Made by a program: the position numbers and the translations under genes
Assembly (NCBI GenBank): GCA_964016885.1
Contig: OZ024743.1
Location: forward strand, 206,026,001 to 206,090,000
Direction: 5' to 3'
Length of the DNA stretch: 64,000 nt
Source of the DNA: Eledone cirrhosa
Taxonomy: Eukaryota
Shown: positions 1 to 12,630 of the stretch, piece after piece
How the letters are laid out: every line of letters starts with the position of its first letter
How positions within the stretch are numbered: the stretch's first letter is position 1
The notes under the pieces: model-generated
Seen by the model: only the letters and a program-made list of their open reading frames with translations
Told to the model about the DNA's origin: nothing
Databases searched by the model: none

Positions 1-3000
1 TTTTTTTCCAAATTATCTCCCCCTGATTTTTTTTTTACAAATTATCTACCCCTGATTTTTTTTTACAAATTATCTCCCCCTGATTTTTTTTACAAATCAT
101 CTCCCCCTGATTTTTTTTTACAAATTATCTCCCCCCGATTTTTTTACAAATTATCTCCCCCTGATTTTTTTTACAAATTATCTCCGCCTGATTTTTTTTA
201 ATATTATCTTCCCTTGGCTGGCGGGAAATTATCTCCCCTTGGACGGCTGGAAATTATCTCCCCTTGGAAGGATGGAAATTATCTCCCCTTGGACGGCTGG
301 AAATTATCTCCCCTTGCACTGCTGGAAATTATCTCCCCTTGGACGGCAGGAAATTATCTGCCCTTGATTTTGTTTTTACAAATTATCTTCCCCTGATTTT
401 TTTACAAATTATCTCCACCTGATTTTTTAAAAAATTATCTCCCCTTGGACGGCTGGAAATTATCTCCCCTTGGCTGGAAATTATCTCCCCTTGGACGGCT
501 AGAAATTATCTCTCTTTGGACGGCTGGAAATTATCTCCCCTTGATTTTTTTTACAAATTATCTCCCCCTGATTTTTTTTACAAATCTCCCAGTGATTTTT
601 TTAAAAAAATTATCTCCCCTTCGCTGGCTGGAAATTATCTCCCCTTGGACGGCTGGAAATTACCTCTCCTTGGACGGCTGAAAATTATCTCCCCTTGGAC
701 GGCTGGAAATTATCTCCCCCTGATTTTTTTTTACAAATTATCTCCGCCTGATTTTTTTTTTTAAATTATCTCCCCTTGGCTGGATGGAAATTTTCTCCCC
801 TTGGACGGCTGGAAATTATCTCCCCTTTATGTTTTCTACAAATTATCTACCCCTGATTTTTTTTTTACAAATTATCTCTCCCTGATTTTTTTTACAAATA
901 TCTCCCCTTGGCTGGCTGGAAATTATCTCCCCTTGGCTGGCTGGAAATTATCTCCCCTTGGACGGCTGGAAATTATCTCCCCTTGGACGCCTAGAAATCA
1001 CCTCTACTTGGACAGCTGTAAATTATCTCCCCTTGGACGGCTGGAAATTATCTCGCCTTGGACGGCTGGAAATTATCTCCCCTTGATTTTGTATACAAAT
1101 TATCTCCCCCTGATTTTTTTTTACAAATTATCTGCCCCTGATTATTTTTTTACAAATTAGCTCCGCCTGATTTTTTTTTAAAATTATCTCCCCTTGGACG
1201 GCTGGAAATTATCTCCCCTTGGACGGCTGGAAATTATCTCCCCTTGAACGGCTAGAAATTACCTCTCCTTGGACGGCTGAAAATTATCTCCCCTTGGACG
1301 GCTGGAAATTATCTCCCCTTGATTTTTTTACAAATTATCTCCCCCTGATTTTTTTTTACAAATTATCTCCGCCTGATTTTTTTTTTAAATTATCTCCCCT
1401 TGGACGGCTGGAAATTATCTCCCCTTGGACGGCTGGAAATTATCTCCCCTTGATTTTTTTTTCCAAATTATCTCCCCCTGATTTTTTTTTACAAATTATC
1501 TACCCCTGATTTTTTTTTACAAATTATCTCCCCCTGATTTTTTTTACAAATTATCTCCCCCCGATTTTTTTACAAATTATCTCCCCCTGATTTTTTTTAC
1601 AAATTATCTCCGCCTGATTTTTTTTAATATTATCTTCCCTTGGCTGGCGGGAAATTATCTCCCCTTGGACGGCTGGAAATTATCTCCCCTTGGAAGGATG
1701 GAAATTATCTCCCCTTGGACGGCTGGAAATTATCTCCCCTTGCACTGCTGGAAATTATCTCCCCTTGGACGGCTGGAAATTATCTGCCCTTGATTTTGTT
1801 TTTACAAATTATCTTCCCCTGATTTTTTTACAAATTATCTCCACCTGATTTTTTAAAAAATTATCTCCCCTTGGACGGCTGGAAATTATCTCCCCTTGGC
1901 TGAAAATTATCTCCCCTTGGACGGCTAGAAATTATCTCTCTTTGGACGGCTGGAAATTATCTCCCCTTGATTTTTTTTACAAATTATCTCCCCATGATTT
2001 TTTTTACAAATCTCCCAGTGATTTTAAAAAAAAAATTATCTCCCCTTCGCTGGCTGGAAATTATCTCCCCTTGGACGCTGGAAATTATAGCCCCTTGGAG
2101 GGCTGGAAGTTATCTTCCCTTGGAGGGCTGGAAATTATCTTCCCTTGGACGGCTAGAAATTACCTCTCCTTGGACGGCTGAAAATTATGTCCCCTTGGAC
2201 GGCTGGAAATTATCTCCCCTTGATTTTTTTTACAAATTATCTCCCCCTGATTATTTTTTACAAATTATCTCCCACTGATTTTTTTTTTACAAATTATCTC
2301 CCCTTGGACGGCTGGAAATTATCTCCCCTTGGACGGCTGGAAATTATCTCCCCTTGGACGGCTAGAAATTACCCCTCCTTGGACGGCTGAAAATTATCTC
2401 CCCTTGGACGACTGGAAATTATCTCGCCTTGGACGGCTGGAAATTATGTCCCCTTGATTTTGTATACAAATTATCTCCCCCTGATTTTTTTTTACAAATT
2501 ATCTCTCCCTGATTTTTTTTACAAATATCTCCCCTTGGTTGGCTGGAAATTATCTCCCCTTGGCTGGCTGGAAATTATCTCCCCTTGGACGGCTGGAAAT
2601 TATCTCCCCTTGGACGACTAGAAATTACCTCTCCTTGGACAGCTGTAAATTATCTCCCCTTGGACGGCTGGAAATTATCTCGCCTTGGACGGCTGGAAAT
2701 TATCTCCCCTTGATTTTGTATACAAATTATCTCCCCCTGATTTTTTTTTACAAATTATCTGCCCCTGATTATTTTTTTACAAATTAGCTCCGCCTGATTT
2801 TTTTTAAAAATTATCTCCCCTTGGACGGCTGGAAATTATCTCCCCTTGGACGGCTGGAAATTATCTCCCCTTGAACGGCTAGAAATTACCTCTCCTTGGA
2901 CGGCTGAAAATTATCTCTCCTTGGACGGCTGGAAATTATCTCCCCTTGATTTTTTTACAAATTATCTCCCCCTGATTTTTTTTTACAAATTATCTACCCC

Positions 3001-3110
3001 TGATTTTTTTTTCCAAATTATCTCCCCCTGATTTTTTTTTTACAAATTATCTCCCCCTGATTTTTTTTTACAAATTATCTCCCCCTGATTTTTTTACAAA
3101 TTATCTCCCC

Positions 3111-6100
3111 TTGGCTGGCTGGAAATTATCTCCCCTTGGAGGCTGGAATTTATCTCCCCTTGGACGGTTGGAAATTATCTCCCCTTGGACGGCTAGAAAT
3201 TACCTCTCCTTGGACGGCTGGAAATTATCTCCCCTTGAACGGCTGGAAATTATCTCCCCTTGGACGGCTGGAAATTATCTCCCCTTGGACGGCTGGAAAT
3301 TACCTCTCCTTGGACGGCTGGAAATTATCTCCCCTTGGACGGCTGGAAATTATCTCCCCTTGGACGGCTGGAAATTATTTCCCCTTGATTTTTTTTACAA
3401 ATTATCTCCCCCTGATTTTTTTTACAAATATCCCCCTAATTTAAAAAAAAATTATCTCCCCTTCGCTGGCTGGAAATTATCTCCCTTTGGACGGCTGGAA
3501 ATTATAGCTGCTTGTAGGGCTGGAAATTATCTCCCCTTGGACGGCTGGAAATTATCTCCCCTTCATTTTTTTACTAATTATCTCCCCCTGATTTTTTTTT
3601 ACAAATTATCTCCGCCTGATTTTTTTAAAAAAATTATCTCCCCTTGGCTGGATGGAAATTTTCTCCCCTTGGACGGCTGGAAATTATCTCCCCTCTATGT
3701 CTTCTACAAATTATCTACCCCTGATTTTTTTTTTACAAATTATCTCTCCCTGATTTTTTTTACAAATATCTCCCCTTGGCTGGCTGGAAATTATCTCCCC
3801 TTGGACGGCTGGAAATTATCTCCCCTTGGACGCCTAGAAATTACCTCTCCTTGGACAGCTGTAAATTATCTCCCCTTGGACGGCTGGAAATTATCTCGCC
3901 TTGGACGGCTGGAAATTATCTCCCCTTGATTTTGTATACAAATTATCTCCCCCTGATTTTTTTTTACAAATTATCTGCCCCTGATTATTTATTTTACAAA
4001 TTAGCTCCGCCTGATTTTTTTTTTAAATTATCTCCCCTTGGACGGCTGGAAATTATCTCCCCTTGGACGGCTGGAAATTATCTCCCCTTGGACGGCTGGA
4101 AATTATCTCCCCTTGATTTTTTTACAAATTATCTCCCCCTGATTTTTTTTTTACAAATTATCACCCCCTGATTTTTTTTACAGATTATCTCCCCCTGTTT
4201 TTTTTTACAAATTATTTCACACTGATTTTTTTACAAATTATCTCCCCCTGATTTTTTTTACAAATTATCTCCGCCTGATTTTTTTAAATATGATCTTCCC
4301 TTGGCTGGCGGAAAATCATCTCCCCTTGGACGCCTGGAAATTATCTCCCCTTGGAAGGATGGAAATTATCTCCCCTTGGACGGCTGGAAATTATCTCCCC
4401 TTGCACTGCTGGAAATTATCTCCCCTTGGACGGCTGGAAATTATCTGCCCTTGATTTGATTTTACAAATTATCTTCCCCTGATTTTTTTTACAAATTATT
4501 TCCACCTGATTTTTTAAAAAATTATCTCCCCTTGGACGGCTGGAAATTATCTCCCCTTGGCTGGAAATTATCTCCCCTTGGACGATTAGAAATTATCTCT
4601 CTTTGGACGGCTGGAAATTATCTCCCCTTGATTTTTTTTACAAATTATCTCCCCCTGATTTTTTTTACAAATCTCCCAGTGATTTTTTAAAAAAAATTAT
4701 CTCCCCTTCGCTGGCTGGAAATTATCTCCCCTTGGACGCTGGAAATTATAGCCCCTTGGAGGGCTGGAAGTTATCTTCCCTTGGAGGGCTGGAAATTATC
4801 TTCCCTTGGACGGCTGGAAATTATCTCCCCTTGATTTTTTTTACAAATTATCTCCCCCTGATTTTTTTTTACAAATTATCTCCCCCTGATTTTTTTTTTT
4901 ACCAATTATCTCCACCTGATTTTTTTAAAAATTATTTCCCCTTGGACGGCTGGAAATTATCTCCCCTTGGACGGCTGGAAATTATCTCCCCTTGGACGGC
5001 TAGAAATTACCTCTCCTTGGACGGCTGAAAATTATCTCCCCTTGGACGGCTGGAAATTATCTCCCCTTGATTTTTTTTTACAAATTATCTCCCCCTGATT
5101 TTTTTTTACAAATTATCTCCCCCTGATTTTTTTTTACAAATTATCTCCCCCTGATTTTTTTTTACAAATTATCTCCTGATTTTTTTTACAAATTATCTCC
5201 CCTTGGCTGGCTGGGAATTATCTCCCCTAGGAGGCTGGAAATTATCTCCCCTTGGACGGCTAGAAATTACCTCTCCTTGGACGGCTGGAAATTATCTGCC
5301 CTTGGACGGCTGGAAATTATCTCTCCTTGGACGGCTGGAAATTATCTGCCCTTGGACGGCTGGAAATTATCTCCCCTTGGACGGCTGGAAATTATTTCCC
5401 CTTGATTTTTTTACAAATTATCTCACCCTGATTTTTTTTTACAAATCTCCCCCTAATTTTAAAAAAAATTATCTCCCCTTCGCTGGCTGGAAATTATCTT
5501 CCTTTGGACGGTTGGAAATTATAGCCGCTTGTAGGGCTGGAAATTATCTCCCCTTGGACGGCTGGGAATTATCTCCCCTTGATTTTTTTACTAATTATCT
5601 CACCCTGATTTTTTTTTACAAATTATCTCCGCCTCATTTTTTAAAAAAAATTATCTCCCCCTGGCTGGATGGAAATTATCTCCCCTTGGACGGCTGGAAA
5701 TTATCTCCCATTGATTTCTTCTACAAATTATCTACCCCTGATTTTTTTTTTACAAATTATCTCTCCCTGATTTTTTTTTACAAATATCTCCCCTTGGCTG
5801 GCTGGAAATTATCTCCCGTTGGCTGGCTGGAAATTATCTCCCCTTGGACGGCTGGAAATTATCTCCCATTGATTTTTTTTACAAATTATCTCCCCTTGGC
5901 TGGCTGGAAATTATCTCCCCTTGGCTGGCTGGAAATTATCTCCCCCTGAAATTTTTTTACAAATTAGCTCCCCCTGATTTTTTTTTACAAATTATCTCCC
6001 CCTGATTTTTTTTTTTACAAATTATCTCCGCCTGATTTTTTTACAAATTATCTCCCCTTGGCTGGCTGGAAATTATCTCCCCTTGGAGGCTGGAATTTAT

Positions 6101-8535
6101 CTCCCCTTGGACGGCTGGAAATTATCTCCCCTTGGACGGCTAGAAATTACCTCTCCTTGGACGGCTGGAAATTATCTCCCCTTGAACGGCTGGAAATTAT
6201 CTCCCCTTGGACGGCTGGAAATTATCTCCCCTTGGACGGCTGGAAATTATCTCCCCTTGGACGGCTGGAAATTATCTCCCCTTGGACGGCTGGAAATTAT
6301 TTCCCCTTGATTTTTTTTACAAATTATCTCCCCCTGATTTTTTTTACAAATATCCCCCTAATTTAAAAAAAAATTATCTCCCCTTCGCTGGCTGGAAATT
6401 ATCTCCCTTTGGACGGCTGGAAATTATAGCTGCTTGTAGGGCTGGAAATTATCTCCCCTTGGACGGCTGGAAATTATCTCCCCTTCATTTTTTTACTAAT
6501 TATCTCCCCCTGATTTTTTTTTACAAATTATCTCCGCCTGATTTTTTTAAAAAAATTATCTCCCCTTGGCTGGATGGAAATTTTCTCCCCTTGGACGGCT
6601 GGAAATTATCTCCCCTTTATGTCTTCTACAAATTATCTACCCCTGATTTTTTTTTTACAAATTATCTCTCCCTGATTTTTTTTACAAATATCTCCCCTTG
6701 GCTGGCTGGAAATTATCTCCCCTTGGACGGCTGGAAATTATCTCCCCTTGGACGCCTAGAAATTACCTCTCCTTGGACAGCTGTAAATTAACTCCCCTTG
6801 GACGGCTGGAAATTATCTCGCCTTGGACGGCTGGAAATTATCTCCCCTTGATTTTGTATACAAATTATCTCCCCCTGATTTTTTTTTACAAATTATCTGC
6901 GCCTGATTATTTATTTTACAAATTAGCTCCGCCTGATTTTTTTTTTAAATTATCTCCCCTTGGACGGCTGGAAATTATCTCCCCTTGGACGGCTGGAAAT
7001 TATCTCCCCTTGGACGGCTGGAAATTATCTCCCCTTGATTTTTTTACAAATTATCTCCCCCTGATTTTTTTTTTACAAATTATCTCCCCCTGATTTTTTT
7101 TACAAATTATCTCCCCCTGTTTTTTTTTACAAATTATTTCACCCTGATTTTTTTACAAATTATCTCCCCCTGATTTTTTTTACAAATTATCTCCGCCTGA
7201 TTTTTTTAAATATGATCTTCCCTTGGCTGGCGGAAAATCATCTCCCCTTGGACGCCTGGAAATTATCTCCCCTTGGAAGGATGGAAATTATCTCCCCTTG
7301 GACGGCTGGAAATTATCTCCCCTTGCACTGCTGGAAATTATCTCCCCTTGGACGGCTGGAAATTATCTGCCCTTGATTTTGATTTTACAAATTATCTTCC
7401 CCTGATTTTTTTTACAAATTATTTCCACCTGATTTTTTAAAAAATTATCTCCCCTTGGACGGCTGGAAATTATCTCCCCTTGGCTGGAAATTATCTCCCC
7501 TTGGACGATTAGAAATTATCTCTCTTTGGACGGCTGGAAATTATCTCCCCTTGATTTTTTTTACAAATTATCTCCCCCTGATTTTTTTTACAAATCTCCC
7601 AGTGATTTTTTAAAAAAAATTATCTCCCCTTCGCTGGCTGGAAATTATCTCCCCTTGGACGCTGGAAATTATAGCCCCTTGGAGGGCTGGAAGTTATCTT
7701 CCCTTGGAGGGCTGGAAATTATCTTCCCTTGGACGGCTGGAAATTATCTCCCCTTGATTTTTTTTACAAATTATCTCCCCCTGATTTTTTTTTACAAATT
7801 ATCTCCCCCTGATTTTTTTTTTACCAATTATCTCCACCTGATTTTTTTAAAAATTATTTCCCCTTGGACGGCTGGAAATTATCTCCCCTTGGACGGCTGG
7901 AAATTATCTCCCCTTGGACGGCTAGAAATTACCTCTCCTTGGACGGCTGAAAATTATCTCCCCTTGGACGGCTGGAAATTATCTCCCCTTGATTTTTTTT
8001 ACAAATTATCTCCCCCTGATTTTTTTTTACAAATTATCTCCCCCTGATTTTTTTTTACAAATTATCTCCTGATTTTTTTTACAAATTATCTCCGCTTGGC
8101 TGGCTGGAAATTATCTCCCCTTGGAGGCTGGAAATTATCTCCCCTTGGACGGCTAGAAATTACCTCTCCTTGGACGGCTGGAAATTATCTGCCCTTGGAC
8201 GGCTGGAAATTATCTCTCCTTGGACGGCTGGAAATTATCTGCCCTTGGACGGCTGGAAATTATCTCCCCTTGGACGGCTGGAAATTATTTCCCCTTGATT
8301 TTTTTACAAATTATCTCCCCCTGATTTTTTTTTACAAATCTCCCCCTAATTTTAAAAAAAATTATCTCCCCTTCGCTGGCTGGAAATTATCTTCCTTTGG
8401 ACGGTTGGAAATTATAGCCGCTTGTAGGGCTGGAAATTATCTCCCCTTGGACGGCTGGGAATTATCTCCCCTTGATTTTTTTACTAATTATCTCACCCTG
8501 ATTTTTTTTTTCAAATTATCTCCGCCTCATTTTTT
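3111..8535 (+). repeat. ~2.9 kb higher-order unit, one full copy followed by a truncated tandem copy
   Basis: Matching variant-bearing ORF translations occur at 3776/6698 (offset 2922), 4603/7526 (2923), 3111/6058 (2947) and 5203/8096 (2893). Shared rare variants include tatgatcttccc...ggcggaaaatcatc and atagccgcttgtaggg. Confidence 0.85.
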
Positions 8536-11500
8536 TTACAAATTATCTGCCCCTGATTATTTTTTTTACAAATTAGCTCCGCCTGATTTTTTTTAAAAAT
8601 TATCTCCCCTTGGACGGCTGGAAATTATCTCCCGTTGGACGGCTGGAAATTATCTCCCCTTGGACGGCTGGAAATTATCTCCCCTTGATTTTTTTACAAA
8701 TTATCTCCCCCTGATTTTTTTTTTACAAATTATCTCCGCCTGATTTTTTTTTTAAATTATCTCCCCTTGGACGGCTGGAAATTATCTCCCCTTGATTTTT
8801 TTTTCCAAATTATCTCCCCCTGATTTTTTTTTACAAATTATCTACCCCTGATTTTTTTTTACAAATTATCTACCCCTGATTTTTTTTACAAATTATCTCC
8901 CCCTGATTTTTTTTTTACAAATTATCTCCCCCCGATTTTTTTACAAATTATCTCCCCCTGATTTTTTTTACAAATTATCTCCGCCTGATTTTTTAAAGTA
9001 TTATCTTCCCTTGGCTGGCGGGAAATTATCTCCCCTTGGACGGCTGGAAATTATCTCCCCTTGGAAGGATGGAAATTATCTCCCCTTGGACGGCTGGAAA
9101 TTATCTCCCCTTGCACTGCTGGAAATTATCTCCCCTTGGCTGGCTGGAAATTATCTCCCCCTGATATTTTTTTACAAATTATCTCCCCCTGATTTTTTTT
9201 ACAAATTATCTCCCCCTGATTTTTTTTTACAAATTATCTCCCCCTGATTTTTTTTTACAAATTATCTCCTGATTTTTTTTACAAATTATCTCCCCTTGGC
9301 TGGCTGGAAATTATCTCCCCTAGGAGGCTGGAAATTATCTCCCCTTGGACGGCTAGAAATTACCTCTCCTTGGACGGTTGGAAATTATCTGCCCTTGGAC
9401 GGCTGGAAATTATCTCTCCTTGGACGGCTGGAAATTATCTGCCCTTGGACGGCTGGAAATTATCTCCCCTTGGACGGCTGGAAATTATTTCCCCTTGATT
9501 TTTTTACAAATTATCTCACCCTGATTTTTTTTTACAAATCTCCCCCTAATTTTAAAAAAAATTATCTCCCCTTCGCTGGCTGGAAATTATCTTCCTTTGG
9601 ACGGTTGGAAATTATAGCCGCTTGTAGGGCTGGAAATTATCTCCCCTTGGACGGCTGGGAATTATCTCCCCTTGATTTTTTTACTAATTATCTCACCCTG
9701 ATTTTTTTTTACAAATTATCTCCGCCTCATTTTTTAAAAAAAATTATCTCCCCCTGGCTGGATGGAAATTATCTCCCCTTGGACGGCTGGAAATTATCTC
9801 CCATTGATTTCTTCTACAAATTATCTACCCCTGATTTTTTTTTTACAAATTATCTCTCCCTGATTTTTTTTTACAAATATCTCCCCTTGGCTGGCTGGAA
9901 ATTATCTCCCGTTGGCTGGCTGGAAATTATCTCCCCTTGGACGGCTGGAAATTATCTCCCATTGATTTTTTTTACAAATTATCTCCCCTTGGCTGGCTGG
10001 AAATTATCTCCCCTTGGCTGGCTGGAAATTATCTCCCCCTGAAATTTTTTTACAAATTAGCTCCCCCTGATTTTTTTTTACAAATTATCTCCCCCTGATT
10101 TTTTTTTTTACAAATTATCTCCGCCTGATTTTTTTACAAATTATCTCCCCTTGGCTGGCTGGAAATTATCTCCCCTTGGAGGCTGGAATTTATCTCCCCT
10201 TGGACGGCTGGAAATTATCTCCCCTTGGACGGCTAGAAATTACCTCTCCTTGGACGGCTGGAAATTATCTCCCCTTGAACGGCTGGAAATTATCTCCCCT
10301 TGGACGGCTGGAAATTATCTCCCCTTGGACGGCTGGAAATTATCTCCCCTTGGACGGCTGGAAATTATCTCCCCTTGGACGGCTGGAAATTATTTCCCCT
10401 TGATTTTTTTTACAAATTATCTCCCCCTGATTTTTTTTACAAATATCCCCCTAATTTAAAAAAAAATTATCTCCCCTTCGCTGGCTGGAAATTATCTCCC
10501 TTTGGACGGCTGGAAATTATAGCTGCTTGTAGGGCTGGAAATTATCTCCCCTTCGACGGCTGGAAATTATCTCCCCTTCATTTTTTTACTAATTATCTCC
10601 CCCTGATTTTTTTTTACAAATTATCTCCGCCTGATTTTTTTAAAAAAATTATCTCCCCTTGGCTGGATGGAAATTTTCTCCCCTTGGACGGCTGGAAATT
10701 ATCTCCCCTTTATGTCTTCTACAAATTATCTACCCCTGATTTTTTTTTTACAAATTATCTCTCCCTGATTTTTTTTACAAATATCTCCCCTTGGCTGGCT
10801 GGAAATTATCTCCCCTTGGACGGCTGGAAATTATCTCCCCTTGGACGCCTAGAAATTACCTCTCCTTGGACAGCTGTAAATTAACTCCCCTTGGACGGCT
10901 GGAAATTATCTCGCCTTGGACGGCTGGAAATTATCTCCCCTTGATTTTGTATACAAATTATCTCCCCCTGATTTTTTTTTACAAATTATCTGCGCCTGAT
11001 TATTTATTTTACAAATTAGCTCCGCCTGATTTTTTTTTTAAATTATCTCCCCTTGGACGGCTGGAAATTATCTCCCCTTGGACGGCTGGAAATTATCTCC
11101 CCTTGGACGGCTGGAAATTATCTCCCCTTGATTTTTTTACAAATTATCTCCCCCTGATTTTTTTTTTACAAATTATCTCCCCCTGATTTTTTTTACAAAT
11201 TATCTCCCCCTGTTTTTTTTTACAAATTATTTCACCCTGATTTTTTTACAAATTATCTCCCCCTGATTTTTTTTACAAATTATCTCCGCCTGATTTTTTT
11301 AAATATGATCTTCCCTTGGCTGGCGGAAAATCATCTCCCCTTGGACGCCTGGAAATTATCTCACCTTGGAAGGATGGAAATTATCTCCCCTTGGACGGCT
11401 GGAAATTATCTCCCCTTGCACTGCTGGAAATTATCTCCCCTTGGACGGCTGGAAATTATCTGCCCTTGATTTTGATTTTACAAATTATCTTCCCCTGATT

Positions 11501-12630
11501 TTTTTTACAAATTATTTCCACCTGATTTTTTAAAAAATTATCTCCCCTTGGACGGCTGGAAATTATCTCCCCTTGGCTGGAAATTATCTCCCCTTGGACG
11601 ATTAGAAATTATCTCTCTTTGGACGGCTGGAAATTATCTCCCCTTGATTTTTTTTACAAATTATCTCCCCCTGATTTTTTTTACAAATCTCCCAGTGATT
11701 TTTTAAAAAAAATTATCTCCCCTTCGCTGGCTGGAAATTATCTCCCCTTGGACGCTGGAAATTATAGCCCCTTGGAGGGCTGGAAGTTATCTTCCCTTGG
11801 AGGGCTGGAAATTATCTTCCCTTGGACGGCTGGAAATTATCTCCCCTTGATTTATTTTACAAATTATCTCCCCCTGATTTTTTTTTACAAATTATCTCCC
11901 CCTGATTTTTTTTTTACCAATTATCTCCACCTGATTTTTTTAAAAATTATTTCCCCTTGGACGGCTGGAAATTATCTCCCCTTGGACGGCTGGAAATTAT
12001 CTCCCCTTGGACGGCTAGAAATTACCTCTCCTTGGACGGCTGAAAATTATCTCCCCTTGGACGGCTGGAAATTATCTCCCCTTGATTTTTTTTACAAATT
12101 ATCTCCCCCTGATTTTTTTTTACAAATTATCTCCCCCTGATTTTTTTTTACAAATTATCTCCTGATTTTTTTTACAAATTATCTCCGCTTGGCTGGCTGG
12201 AAATTATCTCCCCTTGGAGGCTGGAAATTATCTCCCCTTGGACGGCTAGAAATTACCTCTCCTTGGACGGCTGGAAATTATCTGCCCTTGGACGGCTGGA
12301 AATTATCTCTCCTTGGACGGCTGGAAATTATCTGCCCTTGGACGGCTGGAAATTATCTCCCCTTGGACGGCTGGAAATTATTTCCCCTTGATTTTTTTAC
12401 AAATTATCTCCCCCTGATTTTTTTTTACAAATCTCCCCCTAATTTTAAAAAAAATTATCTCCCCTTCGCTGGCTGGAAATTATCTTCCTTTGGACGGTTG
12501 GAAATTATAGCCGCTTGTAGGGCTGGAAATTATCTCCCCTTGGACGGCTGGGAATTATCTCCCCTTGATTTTTTTACTAATTATCTCACCCTGATTTTTT
12601 TTTTCGAATTATCTCCGCCTCATTTTTTAA
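5080..12630 (+). repeat. Near-identical ~3.45 kb direct duplication at offset 4093 (approx. 5080-8535 and 9175-12628)
   Basis: ORF pairs 5203/9296, 6058/10151, 6698/10791, 7223/11316, 7526/11619 and 8096/12189 all differ by exactly 4093. Private variants are shared by both copies, e.g. gtaaattaactcccc and tctgcgcctga. Confidence 0.9.

Noticed and set aside
60-200. T-tracts as intrinsic or Pol III terminators
   Set aside because: There is no preceding GC hairpin or gene. The T-runs are simply part of monomer B.
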